Below are positions 59,624-64,000 of a stretch of DNA of 64,000 nucleotides, piece after piece. The stretch is from Massalongia carnosa (Eukaryota). Made by a program: the position numbers and the translations under genes. The stretch lies in NCBI GenBank assembly GCA_965645245.1, contig OZ287069.1, positions 1,798,001 to 1,862,000 of the forward strand, in the 5' to 3' direction. How positions within the stretch are numbered: the stretch's first letter is position 1; each line of letters begins with the position of its first letter. The notes beneath the pieces are model-generated. The model saw nothing but the letters and a program-made list of their open reading frames with translations. It searched no databases and was not told the DNA's origin.

Positions 59624-62600
59624 GATGACGGCAACTTTCTTGTGACTCCAATGCTCCCGGAGCTAAGGACGAGGTAGAAGTCCGAGGACCTCTTCCTTAC
59701 CTGCAGTTATAGAGATCTGAGGGATCGGGAAGATGAAAGAGTGCAATTATGTGAGGGGGTGCGAGAGGGTGTGAAGAATGGGGAATGTGGAGGTTGTGGG
59801 GTATGGAGAAGATCTTATAAGGCGGCTCTCTCCAAAGACGCCATCCATTGGCAGGATTCACTTCCCTGGCCCTACCATCTGATTTTGAGGCACGCGCAAG
59901 AGAGACAAAACACATCGAATGGGCTCAGACAATGGAACTGGCGAAGGAACCGCAGGAGAGAGGGGGCGAATGACCACTCCTGATAGCTCCAGCAATCGTG
60001 GACAATGTCATGCTGCGCTGCGCTGCGTCTCTTGTGTCGTCTCCAACGGACCTTGACGGCGAGGTCATACATGCAGTGTCCAGAATCGTATTGACAATAC
60101 ACTCAGCGTTATCTGGTATGCGACTTGCGCCGAGCAGCTTCCACCAGTGCGACTCTTTCCTCCCTTGGACCACATTTGGCCCTCCCGGGTCGTGACAGCA
60201 AGCCAGCTAGGATGCCGCATATCGATGCAGCTATATGATCTTCCAGTCAGATGCAACGAAATGATGATCCCCGCCTCGCATCTGATACGCAACGGCTGGC
60301 GGAATGCATGCCCACTATGAGCTGTAAAGGCGACGGCATTTCACACGTAGTGTTTTCTTTTGATTTAAGCGTCCGATAATCTACCCGCGTAGAGCCGCAG
60401 TGACGTCAATGGCTGAGCGTTGTGGCCAGAATGGGTTGTGGGGGACTTTCGTCGTGCAGGATAACTCGTCTGTACGAAGTACTCTGTACGCCACTCGGTA
60501 CATCATCCGGTATTACTAGTAAGTACCTGAGACTAGGTAAAAGAGTTGTATTCCCAATCCTCTAATACTATTTGAGTCGTTTTGCCGTAGTAAATTTTAG
60601 CGTGTTGCAAATGGGGGTGAATACGAGTACTTATACTGTGTATAAACTACTGTGTATGCGTGAAACTTTAGCGACAGCGCCATCCTTCGTCTGATGCTTT
60701 CCGCTAACCGTGAAATTGCCTCACGAATGTTCAGTAGCCAGCATGCATCGAGAAGGCTTCGAGAAGGCCGCTAGAACATGTCAGAATATTGAACATTCAG
60801 CCATCACCACTGAAGCTTCCTGCTGCAAAGGCATCTGCCAAATCCCCCCTTAGCGTCCTTAACCGTTGATAGGTCGCCTGGCAACACCAGAAACCCTAAG
60901 GTAGGTAAGAAACTGGCAATTAAGATGTATTCCTTCGGTTTTGACGTCACAATCTTTGCAGAGTTCTCAAGCTGACATTTGAAGCAAGCCTATTACTCGC
61001 CCGTGTATCGGCAGGAGCCAGTAGTCTCCTTTAAGAGCTGTGAACCCTAGCATGCTCTTGTCTTCCATGTGTTTTGTACGCGGATTCTCTTAATTCCTGC
61101 GTGTATTGACAGCCAGAATCTGACCGTGATGGCCATACTAGCTATCACTGCGTTTCCTTGGTGCTACCTTTATGCAGCGTCCTATGGTACTTTCTCTACC
61201 ACAGAGAAGTGGAAAGAAAATCGTGATGAAGGCTATGCCTACCGCATGTTATTTCGTTGATATTACTTGAAAAGCTTTCAGCGAGTGCAAAAGAGCCAAA
61301 GGTGTAGTATCAAAGGCATCTCAGGCCGCATTTTAGCAAGCTTCTGATTATGTATCTTCAACAGAAGTTCCTTATCTGTGAAATTGCGATGAATGCCCTC
61401 CCCTCGAAGCAATTACAGAAATGAGGAGACAAGGAGCTCGGATCCCACTGCCTTGCACTTGGTAACTTTCTAGATCTCGAGCGACTCGGGGAGATATGTA
61501 GCCGCTTTCTCGACTCTAGTTGAAACTTACTTGCCATTTAGATTCCTAAATTGAAGAGGATTTCGGTACAAGGCAACCATTGTGAATAGAATACCATCAA
61601 CCTCATTCGCATTCTTCTCATTAGAATGAGCCAATCATTCGCTGTTTGACAGCTGCGAATCCAATATGAAAGCGAAACATGACGGGAACAGCCATTGCGG
61701 ATAACCAAAGACAGTGGGGATACAAGAAACCTAGGCTTTCGTACATATTGCAGGGCATTGACCCAATACCATAGGAAGGATCATAGATGCTTAGGATGTC
61801 ACCCAAACGCTTATTGATGCTTTTCTTTGAGGCAAGCCCAACATAATCTCCGATCAAACTGTGTTCACTGTCAAGATGTCTGGAAAGAAAACTGCAGATA
61901 ATTAAGCGAGAGAAAGATAGCAACCGCGTATGATACAACCGTCTTCTATCAATGTCATTAGACCATCTTAACTTGATATTCAAAATTTCTATTCCACAAC
62001 AAGAGATAATCTTGTTGGTGTATCAGATCAGCTCCTGCAGATCTACCCTACATCCAATTTTAAGCATCTCTAGAGATCTTTTAAGGCTGTGAAACAAAAC
62101 TATTCATCAAACCAATCACTTTTACGAGCATAAAAGAAAGGAATGTCAATGAAAGCATTCGCATTGTATGCCGCAGCTGCTTAAACGCAATGGAAAACGC
62201 TCTGAAGCAGGACTGGGTCCTATATTAGCCATATCCATGATCACGAGACATGCTCGTTGAGTTTGGCCGGCAAGCAGCCTTCATATTGTAATTGCACGGA
62301 GTTTCTCCATGCGATTATGAGCATTAAATAATTTTTCCTCAACCACAACTCTTGTAGACCCCACTGTACAAGATAGAAGTGTTCACCGAAGACTTTGCAA
62401 CACATCTGCTTTGAATCATGAACCAACCATGCCGCTTACATACCCAAAGCGAAAAAGGAGAAAGCATGCACTGTATCTGTGCCCCACACACATCGCTGAT
62501 GTCGTAATTTTAAGAATAGGAGCTGAAATTACTCACAGGAGAATGCGAACAATTCTCGAATGCTATCATCAAATTGAATACTAAATCTGATAACTCTTCG

Positions 62601-62799
62601 CTATCAAGGTTATTTGAAATTTGGATGATCATGCTATCGTGATAAGTATCGTTCTGTCTTCACCTTTACACAAGATTTTTCATGCACTGAGAATATGTTG
62701 GCTAATCCTTGCGTTATTTTTATTTTTGAAAAATTACTGGGCACGCTTCTAAAGAGCGTTTTGATCAGTGTTGGAATGGTTTTTTCTCGAGGTTTTCCT

Positions 62800-63600
62800 C
62801 TGAAGTTGGAAGGGTTGAACCTTGTCCATGTCATCTACAACCTTTTTTCCCCACCCGCTAGCCTTCTCTCCAGGGCTCAAATCATGAGTAGCGAGCAGGC
62901 TACCATACGTAGACGCCTTGTAATAATGAATACCGACAAGAAAGATCAAAGCATTACATGGCCATCTGGAGAGGTGGTACAAATTACTCCGGATGAATTC
63001 TCGTCCATCGGCGCGGCTGTCTTACGAGACATTCATAGTAGTGGCCGTCGTCGCCTCGGTTTATCAAGAAGCAAAGCCTTTTTCGAAACACCTAGCGTTG
63101 AAGATATTTTCACCGTGAATGCCTTGGAATATTCTTGAATACACAAATCGCTATGGCGCGGCCTTTCCCCACGTGCATCGAAGTTCGGGAAGCGCGCCTA
63201 CATTCTCACATCGAGTCGTTGATGGAGAGACTGAAGCGGGATGAGGGGATGCGTAAGTAAAGCCAGGGAGTCCGCAATGGTTGCAAACATTGACACTGTC
63301 CAATGGTTCGACTTCGTAGTCTTTGATATCATCGGCGATCTCGCATTTGGTGAGCCCTTTGGCTGCCTACAAGAGATATTCTATCATCCTTTGATCGCTC
63401 TTTTCTGCACTCATGCCAAAGTTCTCAGTAGGCTACCGATCCCCGTTGGATTTCGCCCCCCGAACCGGGTTATCCCGAGATGATGGATGGAAATTGACCC
63501 CGCGTCCCTGTTCGCTCAGGAAAAACGAGACATAATTGATCCATTCAGGGTTGAGCCTGCCACTGCGTGGGGAGGTAAGTGGCGTGGATGCAGATGCGGT
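62800..63600 (+). pseudogene. Cytochrome P450 relic (N-terminal half)
   Basis: YNLF-(frameshift)-HPLAFSPGLKS*VASRLPYV compares with the usual [24 protein letters not shown]. Also GEVVQITPDEFS and WFDFVVFDIIGDLAFGEPFGCL. Stops and frameshifts are present; no heme-Cys motif found. Ends are approximate. Confidence 0.8.
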
Positions 63601-64000
63601 TCAATGGTTGATACTACCCGAAGCAGCGTCCGATCAGCTGAATATCACTGAGCGTGTAGACTAATTGGGTTACTCTACCCACTTCAATTGAGAAAGGGTG
63701 AATAGAAATGCACAGGGAACAGCGCCGTTGCCTTTGCCTTCCCCAGCATCAATGTCGAATTAAATATAAGCCTCGGAACCGTTGTGCCAAGTAGAAATGT
63801 GTATAAGAAATGGTCCGGTTGCAAAGGGATATGCCATGATGCTGCCATAGACTTTGTGATGGCTGGTTCTATCAAAGTCAAGTTTCCTGATGAGAGCCTT
63901 GAAATAATGCAGAGTAGTGACACCCTCGTCGCCTTAAAAACCAGATAGATCATACTCTGACGGCTTTTCATGCCTGCTGCGTATTAGAAGCTGCCTTTTG

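Noticed and set aside
1..64000. CRISPR arrays, rRNA genes, intact transposases or retroelements
   Set aside because: No repeat-spacer periodicity, rRNA signature, or RT/integrase/DDE motif was seen.

Overview
This is intron-containing filamentous ascomycete (Pezizomycotina) genomic DNA. The basis is short GT-AG introns with CTRAC branch sites and the gene content. I reconstructed about 21 protein-coding genes by hand. Housekeeping genes include IRE1, CCT2, a CSC1/OSCA channel, MSH3, BET2, a RhoGAP, RSM23/DAP3, RRS1, an Sfp-type PPTase, a GliK-like gamma-glutamylcyclotransferase and a sugar porter. The 0.9-13.6 kb block holds an HD hydrolase, a Zn2Cys6 factor, a secreted DUF1524/HNH nuclease, a small 6-Cys secreted protein with a Kex2-type site, an AIG1/ADTRP lipid hydrolase and a PI-PLC-like phosphodiesterase. 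Two decayed zones carry pseudogenes: 25-31 kb (an orphan gene plus kinase-like and F-box relics) and beyond 61 kb (a cytochrome P450 relic). Five observations stand out. (1) A 7-exon, about 1708-aa gene that the ORF track fragments has the architecture of a Red1/Rec10/SYCP2-type meiotic axis core protein, with tandem MCB boxes upstream. (2) The 9-mer TACTC[C/T]GTA is strongly over-represented in non-coding DNA and includes a perfect 20-bp palindrome. (3) There is a candidate crystallin-like antimicrobial or effector protein. (4) CACGTG boxes cluster upstream of the secreted nuclease. (5) Three introns appear to use GC donors. I recognised no rRNA, tRNA, CRISPR array or intact transposon. All family calls come from motif recognition; no database searches were run.
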